From assembly GCA_963696705.1 (NCBI GenBank), contig CAVOLD010000012.1, forward strand, positions 128,079 through 192,078: a stretch of 64,000 nucleotides of DNA. Direction: 5' to 3'. The stretch comes from an uncultured Acidobacteriota bacterium (lineage in GTDB: Bacteria; Acidobacteriota; Terriglobia; Terriglobales; Acidobacteriaceae). Below, in pieces: positions 38,143 through 47,809 of this stretch (position 1 is its first letter; every line of letters starts with the position of its first letter). Below the pieces are notes generated by a model. That model made no database searches. It had not been told where the DNA came from and saw only the letters and a program-made list of their open reading frames with translations. Both the position numbers and the translations under genes were made by a program.

Positions 38143-39114
38143 CTAAGCGATCCGAAATACCCGTTCCCGATCTCCATCTTGGCGGCCGATGCCAACCTGA
38201 GCGGGAGACAACTGCGAAGCGTAGTACACCTTATTGATGATCGATAGCGGCCGGCTGCGAACCTCGTCGTATACCCGTCCGAGATACTCGCCAAGCACGC
38301 CCAGGCACAAAAGAACCAGAGTCCCCATCAAGAAAATCGCCGCCGTAATACCGTAGCCAAGTCCATTCGAAAAAATGCTCGAGACTGCAAGGATGGCGGC
38401 CAAGGACATTGAAAATCCCGCTAACACAAAACTCAACCGAAGAGGTTTGTAGCTGAAACTCGTGATTGCATCCATCGCGTACTTGATTCGGCTCAGGAAT
38501 GTCAGCTTACCCTCTCCACCTGCCCGGTCTTGCCGGTCGTAGAGAACGACCGCCGTGTTGTAACCCACCCACGCCCGCAGCCCGGGAAGATACCGGTTGC
38601 CTTCGCGCAAAGAGTTAATCGAATCGACTGCCTGTCGATCGAGCAGACCGAAAATTCCCGCGTTGAGCGGGATGGGAAAATCGGAGAGTGCTCCCAGCAC
38701 GCGATAGAAAAGCGGGAAGAGTTTGGCCAGAACTTTACGCCGTTCTTGCCGGCTTCTCCGTACGGCGGTCACAACTTGCGCTCCGCCGCGCCAGGCAGCC
38801 ACCAACTCCGGCAGAACTTCCGGCGGATCCTGGAAATCGCCGTCCATTAAAACAACCGCGTCTCCACGCGCAGTCTGGAGGCCAGCCGAGATCGCGCCCA
38901 TGTGTCCCCAGTTGCGCGAGAGATCCACAACGACAACATGCGCATCCTCGAGTTGCAACTCTCTCAACAGGTTGAGGGATGAGTCCCTGGAGCCGTCGTT
39001 TACATAGACCACTTCCCAGGTTTCGTCCACATCGTTCATGGCGTCGGCCACAGCGGCATGAAGCAAACGTACGAGTTCCTGTTCATTAAAAATAGGGACA
39101 ACGATCGAAATCAT
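38143..39114 (-). CDS. GT2 polyprenyl-phosphate glycosyltransferase (ArnC/GtrB/DPM1-like)
   Basis: MISIVVPIFNEQE...VVYVNDGSRDSS...DGDFQDPPE, plus two C-terminal TM helices ending GEYLGRVYDE, the family hallmark. Confidence 0.85.
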   Translation of the reverse strand: MISIVVPIFNEQELVRLLHAAVADAMNDVDETWEVVYVNDGSRDSSLNLLRELQLEDAHVVVVDLSRNWGHMGAISAGLQTARGDAVVLMDGDFQDPPEVLPELVAAWRGGAQVVTAVRRSRQERRKVLAKLFPLFYRVLGALSDFPIPLNAGIFGLLDRQAVDSINSLREGNRYLPGLRAWVGYNTAVVLYDRQDRAGGEGKLTFLSRIKYAMDAITSFSYKPLRLSFVLAGFSMSLAAILAVSSIFSNGLGYGITAAIFLMGTLVLLCLGVLGEYLGRVYDEVRSRPLSIINKVYYASQLSPAQVGIGRQDGDRERVFRIA

Positions 39115-39141
39115 GTGGGGCTCCTCAAACAATATTCAGCT

Positions 39142-39666
39142 TTATTCGGGTTCGGCCTGGAAGACACGTACCTTCCACCGCACCTCCGTAGGCGTCAGAA
39201 CAGCAACGTAGCGTGCGCGAACATGCTGCGTTGTCTGAACCTTTTCATGATCCATAATCTGCACGTCGTAGGTCACCGTATCGATCAACTGAACGGATAG
39301 GCCCTCCGGCGAGTAGAAAACCAACTGAAGATCGTGGGCACTATCTCGATAGCGTGTCTGGAGCCCCAACTTTTCCTGTTCACGCACAGTGTCCACGAGC
39401 TTCTCTTTGGCGGTACCCACGAAATCCGGATCCAAAAGATCTGCGCGATTCTCCTCGAGCGCACTACTCAAGCTGCGCCAGGCTTGAAGATAATCACGTA
39501 CCACTGCCTCCTCGGTCTGTTTTTCTAGCACGCGGGGCCCGACTGAATCCGTGGGCGCTACGTGCACCGCGGGCTGGTCGGAACCCTGGACAGAAAGCGC
39601 AATCAAGAGGGAGCAAGCCATGACAAGAGGTCTCACAGCCGACGGTGTTCGCCTGGCGTTTTTCAT
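39142..39666 (-). CDS. secreted hypothetical protein
   Basis: ATG 39666 forms an ATGA overlap with the upstream stop. Signal peptide (LVMACSLLIALSVQG). No motif recognised. Confidence 0.6.
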   Translation of the reverse strand: MKNARRTPSAVRPLVMACSLLIALSVQGSDQPAVHVAPTDSVGPRVLEKQTEEAVVRDYLQAWRSLSSALEENRADLLDPDFVGTAKEKLVDTVREQEKLGLQTRYRDSAHDLQLVFYSPEGLSVQLIDTVTYDVQIMDHEKVQTTQHVRARYVAVLTPTEVRWKVRVFQAEPE

Positions 39667-40544
39667 TGACCTCCTCCCCAATGAATTTCATTTCCCATCA
39701 CAACACCAGTTGCGACGGAAATCGTAGCTCCTTTATAAGCCGGCATTTCCGTGCGCGCGATCCCGCGTTTGATAGGAACATCCACGGTTGTTTCTTTGCC
39801 GTTGTAGGTTTCTGTGAACGTAACAACTGTTCCGTCCGGCACGGCATTGCCGCTGCAATCGCGCACCGGGTCTGTTTCGAGGGCAAGGCTCTGGCCTGAC
39901 GGGTGAGCATTCATCCTTAGACTGCAGGGATCGCCCGGGACCTGCGTGATCACGCGCGTATCTGAAGCGCTTCCAACTCGGGCTACAAATTGAGCCGCGC
40001 CTTCCTTGGATGCGGAATTCATTTTTGTCCACGCAACGCCATTGCGCGTGAGCACGGTCCGCGCCTGAGGAGCGCCAGCGACTCCGGAAAGCTGAAACGA
40101 TGCTTGCGTCGGTTGAAGAATCAGGTTCTGAAAAGTATCAAAGACATAAACAACACCACTGATGCCATCACGCAGATCAACAGGAACGCGGGAAGGTTTG
40201 GCGAGAAAACTCAACGTCGACGGCTGAGGCGCCGCAGTGACATCAAACGCACCATTTTCCGTGGACGAGCTCCCTACGACAAGAACGAGGTAGTGACCGG
40301 CATTGTGCAGATCGCCGGCAGCAAAGGATATGGTTTGTCCCAATTGCACTTCGCGCCGCAACACTTGCCCAAGGCCCACGATGTAGAGAGTCGCATTGCC
40401 GCCGCCAGTGGTTTGGATCGAGAATGCGGCGCCTGCTTCAACCGACTTCGGCAGTTGGAGGCTGCTGGTCTGAGTTGTAGCCAGCTGCGAACTTACAACT
40501 ATGATCAGCCCGCTGAGAAGTAACGATGTGAGTCGCGATTTCAT
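39663..40544 (-). CDS. secreted hypothetical protein, beta-rich (Ig-like?)
   Basis: Signal peptide MKSRLTSLLLSGLIIVVSSQLA. ATGA overlaps at both ends (40541-44 and 39663-66). Confidence 0.6.
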   Translation of the reverse strand: MKSRLTSLLLSGLIIVVSSQLATTQTSSLQLPKSVEAGAAFSIQTTGGGNATLYIVGLGQVLRREVQLGQTISFAAGDLHNAGHYLVLVVGSSSTENGAFDVTAAPQPSTLSFLAKPSRVPVDLRDGISGVVYVFDTFQNLILQPTQASFQLSGVAGAPQARTVLTRNGVAWTKMNSASKEGAAQFVARVGSASDTRVITQVPGDPCSLRMNAHPSGQSLALETDPVRDCSGNAVPDGTVVTFTETYNGKETTVDVPIKRGIARTEMPAYKGATISVATGVVMGNEIHWGGGQ

Positions 40545-41674
40545 TGGAATCGGTTCGAGCTGTACGTAGTGGCGACTGCCCGCTCGCTCTTGACTTTGCT
40601 CGCGATGTCTGGCGGAAGAGAAACACTAAACGAAATCGGCGTCTCAGGGAACAGAGCACGATCAACGTATCCGTCGGAGACCCAAACGAGTTGGCCGCTA
40701 TTGTCGTAGAAGGTTCCGAGGACGTGGACCACGTTGACGACTTGGCCGCTTTGATTAAGCAGATTTCCAGTCAACAATGGCTTGGGCCCTGAACTTAAGT
40801 GCTGATCTTGAATCTCGATTACCGGGTCCGCCGAAGCCGCGATCAGGCTTGACGACGGCTGCATGCGAATGCTGTCGACTTGGGATAATGCCATCTTGTG
40901 AAACTCAATAAGAAACGGAGTAACCTGCCTGGGCAGAAGAATGTGGGAAATCTTGTCGAAGCTATCTTCGGTCGCCAAGGCCGACCCATTTTTCGCCAAC
41001 AATGTTGCCTTGACTCTCACGAAGGCTGGGACCACGTCTTCATTTAGCAGTTCGCCTAATACGATCACTTCTCCAGCACGCTCCACCGGATGCATGTCCA
41101 CGATACGCACGTGCGGTGACTCCACATCTTGGGCTCCCCAGTCATCCTCCGCGCCGCGGTAGATCACGTCCCAACGCAGGTAATTCACAGGAATTACCTG
41201 CGGCGGGACGCGCGGTTCTTTCACGATCGGCCAAACCACTCCCCAGCGATCTCCCGTTTTTGTCACGCGCAGGTCGCGGGTATCCAAAAACATTCCAACT
41301 ACGGTCGACCAGCGCAAGTTGAGCCGCATTTGCGCATCATCTGCGGAAGCATGAAGCGGGCGTACGTCGAAGCTGTCGAGACTGGCGTGACTGCGAAGAC
41401 TGGGATAACTCCCCCTCAGGTCACGCACAAAGTCGGATTCCGCGAACTCGCTTTTGTTCGCGAGGTTCGAGTACGCCTTTTCCCAATCTTCGCGGCCGAT
41501 TTCATCGGCGAGGTTTTCGACTGCTGCCTGTGGCGACGAGGCAGGGCGTAGCAGATCGGCTCCTGATTCGACGCCAGCCATGGCCAGCGCCGATTGGACT
41601 GGCCAAAGAGTGCCGACGACGATGAGCGCAGCGGTTGCAATCGCAATCGAAGTAGCGAGGAGGCGCCCGTTCAT
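40541..41674 (-). CDS. membrane-anchored or secreted hypothetical protein
   Basis: Start trimmed to MNGRLLATSIAIATAALIVVGTLWP (ATG 41674; ATGA overlap with the stop of 41671..43455). Confidence 0.6.
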   Translation of the reverse strand: MNGRLLATSIAIATAALIVVGTLWPVQSALAMAGVESGADLLRPASSPQAAVENLADEIGREDWEKAYSNLANKSEFAESDFVRDLRGSYPSLRSHASLDSFDVRPLHASADDAQMRLNLRWSTVVGMFLDTRDLRVTKTGDRWGVVWPIVKEPRVPPQVIPVNYLRWDVIYRGAEDDWGAQDVESPHVRIVDMHPVERAGEVIVLGELLNEDVVPAFVRVKATLLAKNGSALATEDSFDKISHILLPRQVTPFLIEFHKMALSQVDSIRMQPSSSLIAASADPVIEIQDQHLSSGPKPLLTGNLLNQSGQVVNVVHVLGTFYDNSGQLVWVSDGYVDRALFPETPISFSVSLPPDIASKVKSERAVATTYSSNRFQ

Positions 41675-43455
41675 GAGGCCAGCCTCCCTAGAGCGAGATC
41701 CTCGTGGGTCGCGGCAGGCTGAACCACGCGCCGTTGGTTCCATCGTTTCTCCGGGATGAGCGCAAGCAGCATCGCGAGAATGCTGCTGCAGATGGGAAGA
41801 GTGCCCCACATCAGGCCTTGCCAATGCGGAGGAATCTGGGGTGCGTTGATGGGAGTTGCTGGCGGCACATCTTCCTTGCTCCACACGGTGATCGTCTTGT
41901 CTTCGAGATCATCAACCTTGCGCCAGCCTGCAAAGACCAAAAGCGGTTCGTAATACGGGTCGCGGAGGAACACCCATTTCAACCCGTAACGATCGGCGTG
42001 ATGAAGGATGGCGCTCAACGCGTCGATGCCAGACTTGCCAAAATATTTAGAACTGGTGAGCGCGCCCGCGCCGTGCTGCGTCAACTCAGGCAACATGCGA
42101 CCAGAGTTCCATTCACCATCGACGCTGCTAGCGTCGGTCAGGACGGCGAGTCGAGAGATCTTGTTGCCGAATCCCAGTGTGACATAGCGGTACCGGTCGT
42201 GACCGTCGCGATTAAGCCATGCGGCCACAGAGTCGACCTTGAAATCCACAGCATCGGCTGGACGATAAGTTGCCCATGCCACGGCCAGCGCGCAGCTCAG
42301 AGCAGCTGCCATGGTCAAACCAACCACTGCGCGCATGCGAAATCGGTCGATAAGTTCGCTAGCGAGCAAACCCACAAACGGCAGCGCCAGCAAAGTCGCC
42401 CAATAGCTAAAGCGCTCCATGGTGAGTACTTCAAAAGCTCGGCCCAATACCAGTCGACCTACGGGAGTGGTTCCACCCAGGCCCAGCAAAAATGCCAGCC
42501 AGAAACCAAGAAGCAGCGGACGCAGCCGGGTGACGGAAGAGCCTCGCCAGACAATGAAGGGAAGGGCCAGAACCAAAGCTCCGTAAGGCACGATGAAATA
42601 ATTCAAACCCCATTGCGGACTCAAAATATAGTTCGCCCGACTGGGATGCGGAATCGGAGTCTGGGTTACGGGATAGTGGATAAGAGCAATCCAGAACGGC
42701 AGAAGCACTACGGCAATCGCGACGCCGACCACCAGAGCGATGCCAACGGTGCGGAAAAGTACCGCTCGCGTCGACGCCGGCTCACCATCCTTGCGATCGA
42801 CAATTGCTAACGCCAATACCGGCAGCGCAAACAGCAGCGATCCGAAAAGGAGCGTGGCGTGATGGGCAGCGGCAGCAGCCACCGAGAGCACTGCACCCTT
42901 GAAAAAAGCTCGCCAATCGCCGCGCCGAACCCAATTGTAAAGATAGGGCAAGGCATTCAAATAAAGTGGAGCGGCGAAGGTAGTCGATAATTGCCCTGCG
43001 GAGTAGACCAGAAAACACTCCGAGCCAAGAAAGACACTAGCCAATGCCGCAAGTGAAGCGGCGCGGCGATCTACCCAGAGCAGCGAAAACCGATAAACCC
43101 CCAATGCGAGCAGCAGAATCGCAACGAACTGAACCGCCATGTACGCCATGTCCAGCCCGACCAGACGCGACACCAGCGCGAGCCACTGCTGCGGCAAGGG
43201 AGGATAGGTCGTCTGCGAAAAACCGGCGTACCATTTCGCGTTCCAGGGATCGAACCAACTGTGCAAATAGTGCGACGCGAAAAATATATGGAAGTTCGCG
43301 TCGTACGACTTCAAAGGCAACTTCATGAGCAGCAGCGGCGCGTGAACTACAAGAGCCGCCAGGAAGATCATGGTTAGCGGTATCGGCTCTTTTGCAGGCG
43401 CAACCGACTCAACTCTTCGCAAGGCTCCCTCCCGAACGATCTTCGATTCCATCAA
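41671..43455 (-). CDS. polytopic membrane protein, putative GT-C-fold glycosyltransferase
   Basis: 594 aa with ~12 TM segments in the first ~400 aa. Early loop YDANFHIFFASHYLHSWFDPWNAKWYAGF. A soluble ~150-aa region and a final TM follow. Co-operonic with an ArnC/GtrB-like GT2. Confidence 0.55.
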   Translation of the reverse strand: MMESKIVREGALRRVESVAPAKEPIPLTMIFLAALVVHAPLLLMKLPLKSYDANFHIFFASHYLHSWFDPWNAKWYAGFSQTTYPPLPQQWLALVSRLVGLDMAYMAVQFVAILLLALGVYRFSLLWVDRRAASLAALASVFLGSECFLVYSAGQLSTTFAAPLYLNALPYLYNWVRRGDWRAFFKGAVLSVAAAAAHHATLLFGSLLFALPVLALAIVDRKDGEPASTRAVLFRTVGIALVVGVAIAVVLLPFWIALIHYPVTQTPIPHPSRANYILSPQWGLNYFIVPYGALVLALPFIVWRGSSVTRLRPLLLGFWLAFLLGLGGTTPVGRLVLGRAFEVLTMERFSYWATLLALPFVGLLASELIDRFRMRAVVGLTMAAALSCALAVAWATYRPADAVDFKVDSVAAWLNRDGHDRYRYVTLGFGNKISRLAVLTDASSVDGEWNSGRMLPELTQHGAGALTSSKYFGKSGIDALSAILHHADRYGLKWVFLRDPYYEPLLVFAGWRKVDDLEDKTITVWSKEDVPPATPINAPQIPPHWQGLMWGTLPICSSILAMLLALIPEKRWNQRRVVQPAATHEDLALGRLAS

Positions 43456-43573
43456 GTCATTCAGGGTTGCTCTCCTCCGCGCGTCGCTAAAACAACAAAA
43501 TGTTCGGTAGCCAACGGTTGAGGTCTTTTTCGAATCGAAGTGCGATGGATTCGACTAAACCGGTGGTGACAAT

Positions 43574-46500
43574 TTGACTTCCGCGTTGGGGCGCTTGAAG
43601 ACCGTGTTGATGTATGCGCAGATCGGTGCGCTTGCCTGTGTGGTCCAAGCGCAGACGTATAAGGTCGGCGATAGTTCTCCTCAAAAACCGCAAGACAATC
43701 CCGATCAAACATCGTCTGCCAACAAGCTCGGCTGGGGATCGAATATTCAAAACGCGCGCCTCGCCCGCGCGGCCGAACAAGCGTTGAAAAGCGGAAACTA
43801 CGCGGCCGCTGTTGGCTATGCGCAGCGCGCGGCGGAGGCTGCCCCGAACGATCCCCAGCTATGGTTCCTTTTGGGCTACGCCGCGCGATTGGACAGAAAG
43901 TTTCAGCTTGCTACCGATTCCTATGAGCGTGGTCTTCGCCTCAATCCATCTTCTCTCGATGGGATTTCAGGGCTGGCTCAGACCTACAGCAATATGGGTC
44001 GCGCGGATGAGGCCGAGCGCCTCTTGAAGCAGGTGCTTGCGTCCGACCCGAAGCGAGTCAATGATTTGCTGTTGTTAGGAGAACTGCTGATGCGCTCGGG
44101 AGATTACCCCGGCGCAATCGACTTGTTGGGGCGGGCGGAACGGGCCGAACCCGGCACGCGCTCAGAGTTACTGCTCGCGCTTTCGTATCAGCATTTGAAG
44201 CAGTTCGATCAAGCAAACCATTTTCTTGAGTTGGCCAAGCAGCACGCTCCGAACAATCCCGAGGTGCAGCGTTCGCTGGCAGGCTACTATCGAGAGACCG
44301 GGAACTATTCGGCGGCGATTGCTTCGCTGAAGTCGATCCACAATCCGAATCCAGATGTTAAAGCCGAGCTTGCGTACACCTATCAGCTCGATGGCAAACA
44401 GGATGAGGCCGCGAGGCTCTATGCGCAAGCGGCCAACGCTGCTCCCTCCGACTTGGGCTTACAGCTTTCTGCTGCGCAGGCCGAAGTCGCTGCCGGTTCC
44501 ATTGAACATGCTGCGCCGTTCCTGCAACGCGCGGCTGCGATCGATCCAGAACATTATCGGGTGCACGCTGTTCGTGGGGAAATTGCGAGACTGCAGGAAC
44601 ACAACGAAGAGGCAATTAGGGAATACAACGCCGCGCTGGTTCATTTGCCAGAGACTCCAGCCGAGGGACCTCTGTACGGAATTCAGTTGCACATGAATCT
44701 TGTCGAACTCTACAAGAGTTTGAACGATGAGAGCGCAGCTCAGCAGAATCTTGAGGTTGCCCAGAAACAGATCAGCGGGTTGGATGAACAAGGAGCCAGC
44801 CGAGCGCAATTTCTGCGCCTGCGAGCCTTAATCAAATTAAACACGGGCGATCTCGATGGCGCGGGAAATGACATTAAGGAGGCATTGACGATCAACTCGC
44901 AGGATCCGAACAGTCTGCAACTCGACGGAGACTTACTGGTAAAACTCGGTCGTCCTGAGGACGCCATCGCCGTTTATAAGAAGATACTCGCGGTCGACCC
45001 GGTGAACCGGTTCGCCCTTACCTCGCTGGGTTACGTTTCCCGCGAAGCCGGACACGACCAGGACGCCGAGAAATACTTCCAAAAGCTGGCGAACGCGTAT
45101 CCAACTTTGTATGTGCCGTATCTTGCGCTTGGAGATTTGTACGCGGCACACAAAGAGTTCGCGAAAGCTGACGCTTCGTACCGCAAGGGTTATGAACTGG
45201 CCCCGAATAACAGTTTGATTGTGGCTGGAGGCATGAACGCTGCCATCGAGACGCATCAAATGAATTTGGCGGCGGAGTGGTTGAGTCGCGCGACGCCCGA
45301 AATGCAACAGGAACCGCATGTCATGCGAGAGAAAGAAAGATACCTGAGCTTCAAGGGCGACTATGCGGCGTCCGCTGCGGTCGGTCGGGAAGTGATCAAG
45401 CAACTTCCCAAAGACCGGGACGTAGTTGTTTATCTGGGCTACGACTTGCTCAATCTCAAACAATACGATGAGTTACTGCAATTGACGTCGGAGTACGATC
45501 AGGTTCTGCCCAAAGAGCCGGATATTCCCCTGCTAGCAGGCTATGTGTACAAACAGAATGGAGATCTGGAGCAAGCGCAAAAAGATTTCAGCGAAGCCTT
45601 GCAGCGCGATCCCAACGTGGTTACGGCATATGTGAACCGCGGATACGTGTTGCATGACCTGCACGAACCGACTGCTGCCGCTGTGGATTTCGAAGCAGCC
45701 CTCAAGCTCGAACCTAAGAATGGCGAAGCTCATCTGGGGCTGGCCTACGCCAGTCTGGATATGCATCGCCCTCGAATCGCCTTGCGGCAGGTGCAACTCG
45801 CGGAAGAGCAGATGGGTGATTCGATGCCCATTCACCTGATTCGAGCCACCGCCTACGGGCAAAACGGATTGTTGATGAAGTCCGCTGCCGAATATCGCAC
45901 CGCCTTGAAATATTCGCCCAATGATGAGGCTCTTCATCTGGCGCTGGCCGATACGCTGTACAGTCTGCGGCAGTACCATGAGGCGATTAGCGAACTGCAA
46001 GCGGCACAGAAACTTTCCCCAGACGATCCTCTGATTTACGCACAGCTTGCAAGGTCGTACGCGCAACTTCACGATCGCGATCAAACCCTGCACTACGTGC
46101 AACTGGCAGAGCAGCACGCCGAATCAACGCCGACTTCCAAAGCGGACGAGAAGCGAGGAGAAAGCGCAGTATTCGTCTCCACCGGCGAGGCTTTGAGCGC
46201 GCTGGGAGATCAGAAAGCCGCCATGGAACGCTTCGAAAAAGCGCTCGACGCACCAGATAGCGATCGCGTAGCCGTGCGTCTGGCAATCGCCAAGCTCATG
46301 GCAACTGAGGACCATCCCAATGATGCTCAGCGGCAAATCGCATTGGCCCTGATGGAAGCACGTACAGGAGAGACGTTGCCGCCTACCGGCGAGCAGTTGA
46401 TGGAGGCAGCGGGTGTATTCCTCGATCTGCACGAGTATCAACTGGCAGAGACGTACCTCCAACGCGCTCAGGCAGCGGGCGCATCCGACGCATCTGTGCA

Positions 46501-47797
46501 CATTGGTTTGGCCAATACGTACTTGGCTCTAGGCGAGACGACGAAGGCCAACGCTGAATTGAATGCAGTCAGCAGTTCAGCCGACAGCGAACCGAGCTAT
46601 CAATATCTGCTGGCCAAAGCTGCCGTGCTTCGACAGCAGCACCAAAACACTCAGGCGCTTACCGCTTTTGCTCAAGCCGCAGACGCTGCGGGCGAAGACC
46701 AGATCGCGCAACAGGATTTGCTGGAAGCGGCGGCGAACGAGGGACTGAGGATCAACAGCAAATTGAGCGTCCTCTCAAATTTTTCCGTAGAGCCCATTTT
46801 TGAAGACACAACGGTTTACCCGTTGGACGCCAAGTTGGATGTCCCCAATCCCATACCAGGCCGCCAGGGACTGCTTCCGCCTCCGCGATCTTCGATTCAG
46901 ACGCAATGGACGGGCGCGTACCACCTGCACTTCGGCGGCTCGTTTCCTGACGCCAGCGGATTCTTTCAAGTGCGCAACGCACGCGGGGCGATTTCGTTGC
47001 CCAGCGCAGACGAGATCGTCAACCGCGATACGACCGACTACTCCTTCAACATCGGGCTCAACCCGACGCTTCATCTGGGCAATAACGTATTGAACTTCAA
47101 CACTGGTATTCAGGAAACGATTCGCAGAGACTCGCTGCAGCCGGTGGAAATGGATCAGAACCTGTTTCGACAATTTGTATACATGTCAACCAGTTCGTTC
47201 TTCAACATGGTTTCGGTTAATGCTTTTGGCATTCGCGAAGCTGGACCGTTTACTGAAAGCAACCTGAGTTCGCGCACTCTGGCGGGAGCGGTCGACTTCC
47301 GCGTCGGGCATCCTTGGGCTAAGACGGCTTTCGTGACCGGCTGGGGGGCTAGCGATGAGCAGTTTGTTCCGATTACGCGCGAGGTTTATTTCACCTCCGT
47401 CTACGCGGGCATTGAACGCAAAGTCTCCGAACGGCTTAGCTTCAGAGTTCTTGCGGAGGACTTGCGAGCGTGGCGCGTGGAGCAAAATGATTGGGCGATT
47501 TCCCAGGCGATTCGTCCAGCGGGAAGCGTCCAGTACTCCCCAACGCGCAACTGGAGCATCCAAGCCTCGGCGGCTTATTCGCGCAATATGGGCTTCCACG
47601 TTTATGACGCAGTGCAGAGCGGTTTTGCAGTGTCCTATGCCATGCCGTTCCATCACGAGTACAAGGACTCAACGGGGGAAGTCGAGCTGCAATATCCAAT
47701 TCGTTTCTCAGCCGGCATGCAGCAGCAGAATTTCTATAACTTTCCTGGGCCGCAGAGTCTGCAGATGAGGCCCTATGTGCAAATCAGTTTATTTTGA
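43574..47797 (+). CDS. giant TPR-repeat protein with C-terminal outer-membrane beta-barrel (PelB/BcsC/PgaA-like architecture)
   Basis: 1407 aa. Signal peptide, then ~1000 aa of TPR units (A..Y..AL...P....A...LA..Y). The last ~400 aa have alternating-hydrophobicity beta-strands and end in ...YVQISLF, an OMP-type C-terminal Phe. Confidence 0.75.
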   Translation: MTSALGRLKTVLMYAQIGALACVVQAQTYKVGDSSPQKPQDNPDQTSSANKLGWGSNIQNARLARAAEQALKSGNYAAAVGYAQRAAEAAPNDPQLWFLLGYAARLDRKFQLATDSYERGLRLNPSSLDGISGLAQTYSNMGRADEAERLLKQVLASDPKRVNDLLLLGELLMRSGDYPGAIDLLGRAERAEPGTRSELLLALSYQHLKQFDQANHFLELAKQHAPNNPEVQRSLAGYYRETGNYSAAIASLKSIHNPNPDVKAELAYTYQLDGKQDEAARLYAQAANAAPSDLGLQLSAAQAEVAAGSIEHAAPFLQRAAAIDPEHYRVHAVRGEIARLQEHNEEAIREYNAALVHLPETPAEGPLYGIQLHMNLVELYKSLNDESAAQQNLEVAQKQISGLDEQGASRAQFLRLRALIKLNTGDLDGAGNDIKEALTINSQDPNSLQLDGDLLVKLGRPEDAIAVYKKILAVDPVNRFALTSLGYVSREAGHDQDAEKYFQKLANAYPTLYVPYLALGDLYAAHKEFAKADASYRKGYELAPNNSLIVAGGMNAAIETHQMNLAAEWLSRATPEMQQEPHVMREKERYLSFKGDYAASAAVGREVIKQLPKDRDVVVYLGYDLLNLKQYDELLQLTSEYDQVLPKEPDIPLLAGYVYKQNGDLEQAQKDFSEALQRDPNVVTAYVNRGYVLHDLHEPTAAAVDFEAALKLEPKNGEAHLGLAYASLDMHRPRIALRQVQLAEEQMGDSMPIHLIRATAYGQNGLLMKSAAEYRTALKYSPNDEALHLALADTLYSLRQYHEAISELQAAQKLSPDDPLIYAQLARSYAQLHDRDQTLHYVQLAEQHAESTPTSKADEKRGESAVFVSTGEALSALGDQKAAMERFEKALDAPDSDRVAVRLAIAKLMATEDHPNDAQRQIALALMEARTGETLPPTGEQLMEAAGVFLDLHEYQLAETYLQRAQAAGASDASVHIGLANTYLALGETTKANAELNAVSSSADSEPSYQYLLAKAAVLRQQHQNTQALTAFAQAADAAGEDQIAQQDLLEAAANEGLRINSKLSVLSNFSVEPIFEDTTVYPLDAKLDVPNPIPGRQGLLPPPRSSIQTQWTGAYHLHFGGSFPDASGFFQVRNARGAISLPSADEIVNRDTTDYSFNIGLNPTLHLGNNVLNFNTGIQETIRRDSLQPVEMDQNLFRQFVYMSTSSFFNMVSVNAFGIREAGPFTESNLSSRTLAGAVDFRVGHPWAKTAFVTGWGASDEQFVPITREVYFTSVYAGIERKVSERLSFRVLAEDLRAWRVEQNDWAISQAIRPAGSVQYSPTRNWSIQASAAYSRNMGFHVYDAVQSGFAVSYAMPFHHEYKDSTGEVELQYPIRFSAGMQQQNFYNFPGPQSLQMRPYVQISLF

Positions 47798-47809
47798 GAT
47801 TGGGGTCCG

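Noticed and set aside
41704-42810. 368-aa plus-strand ORF
   Set aside because: It is antisense to the polytopic membrane gene 41671..43455. It is Arg/Gln-rich and low-complexity with no start context.
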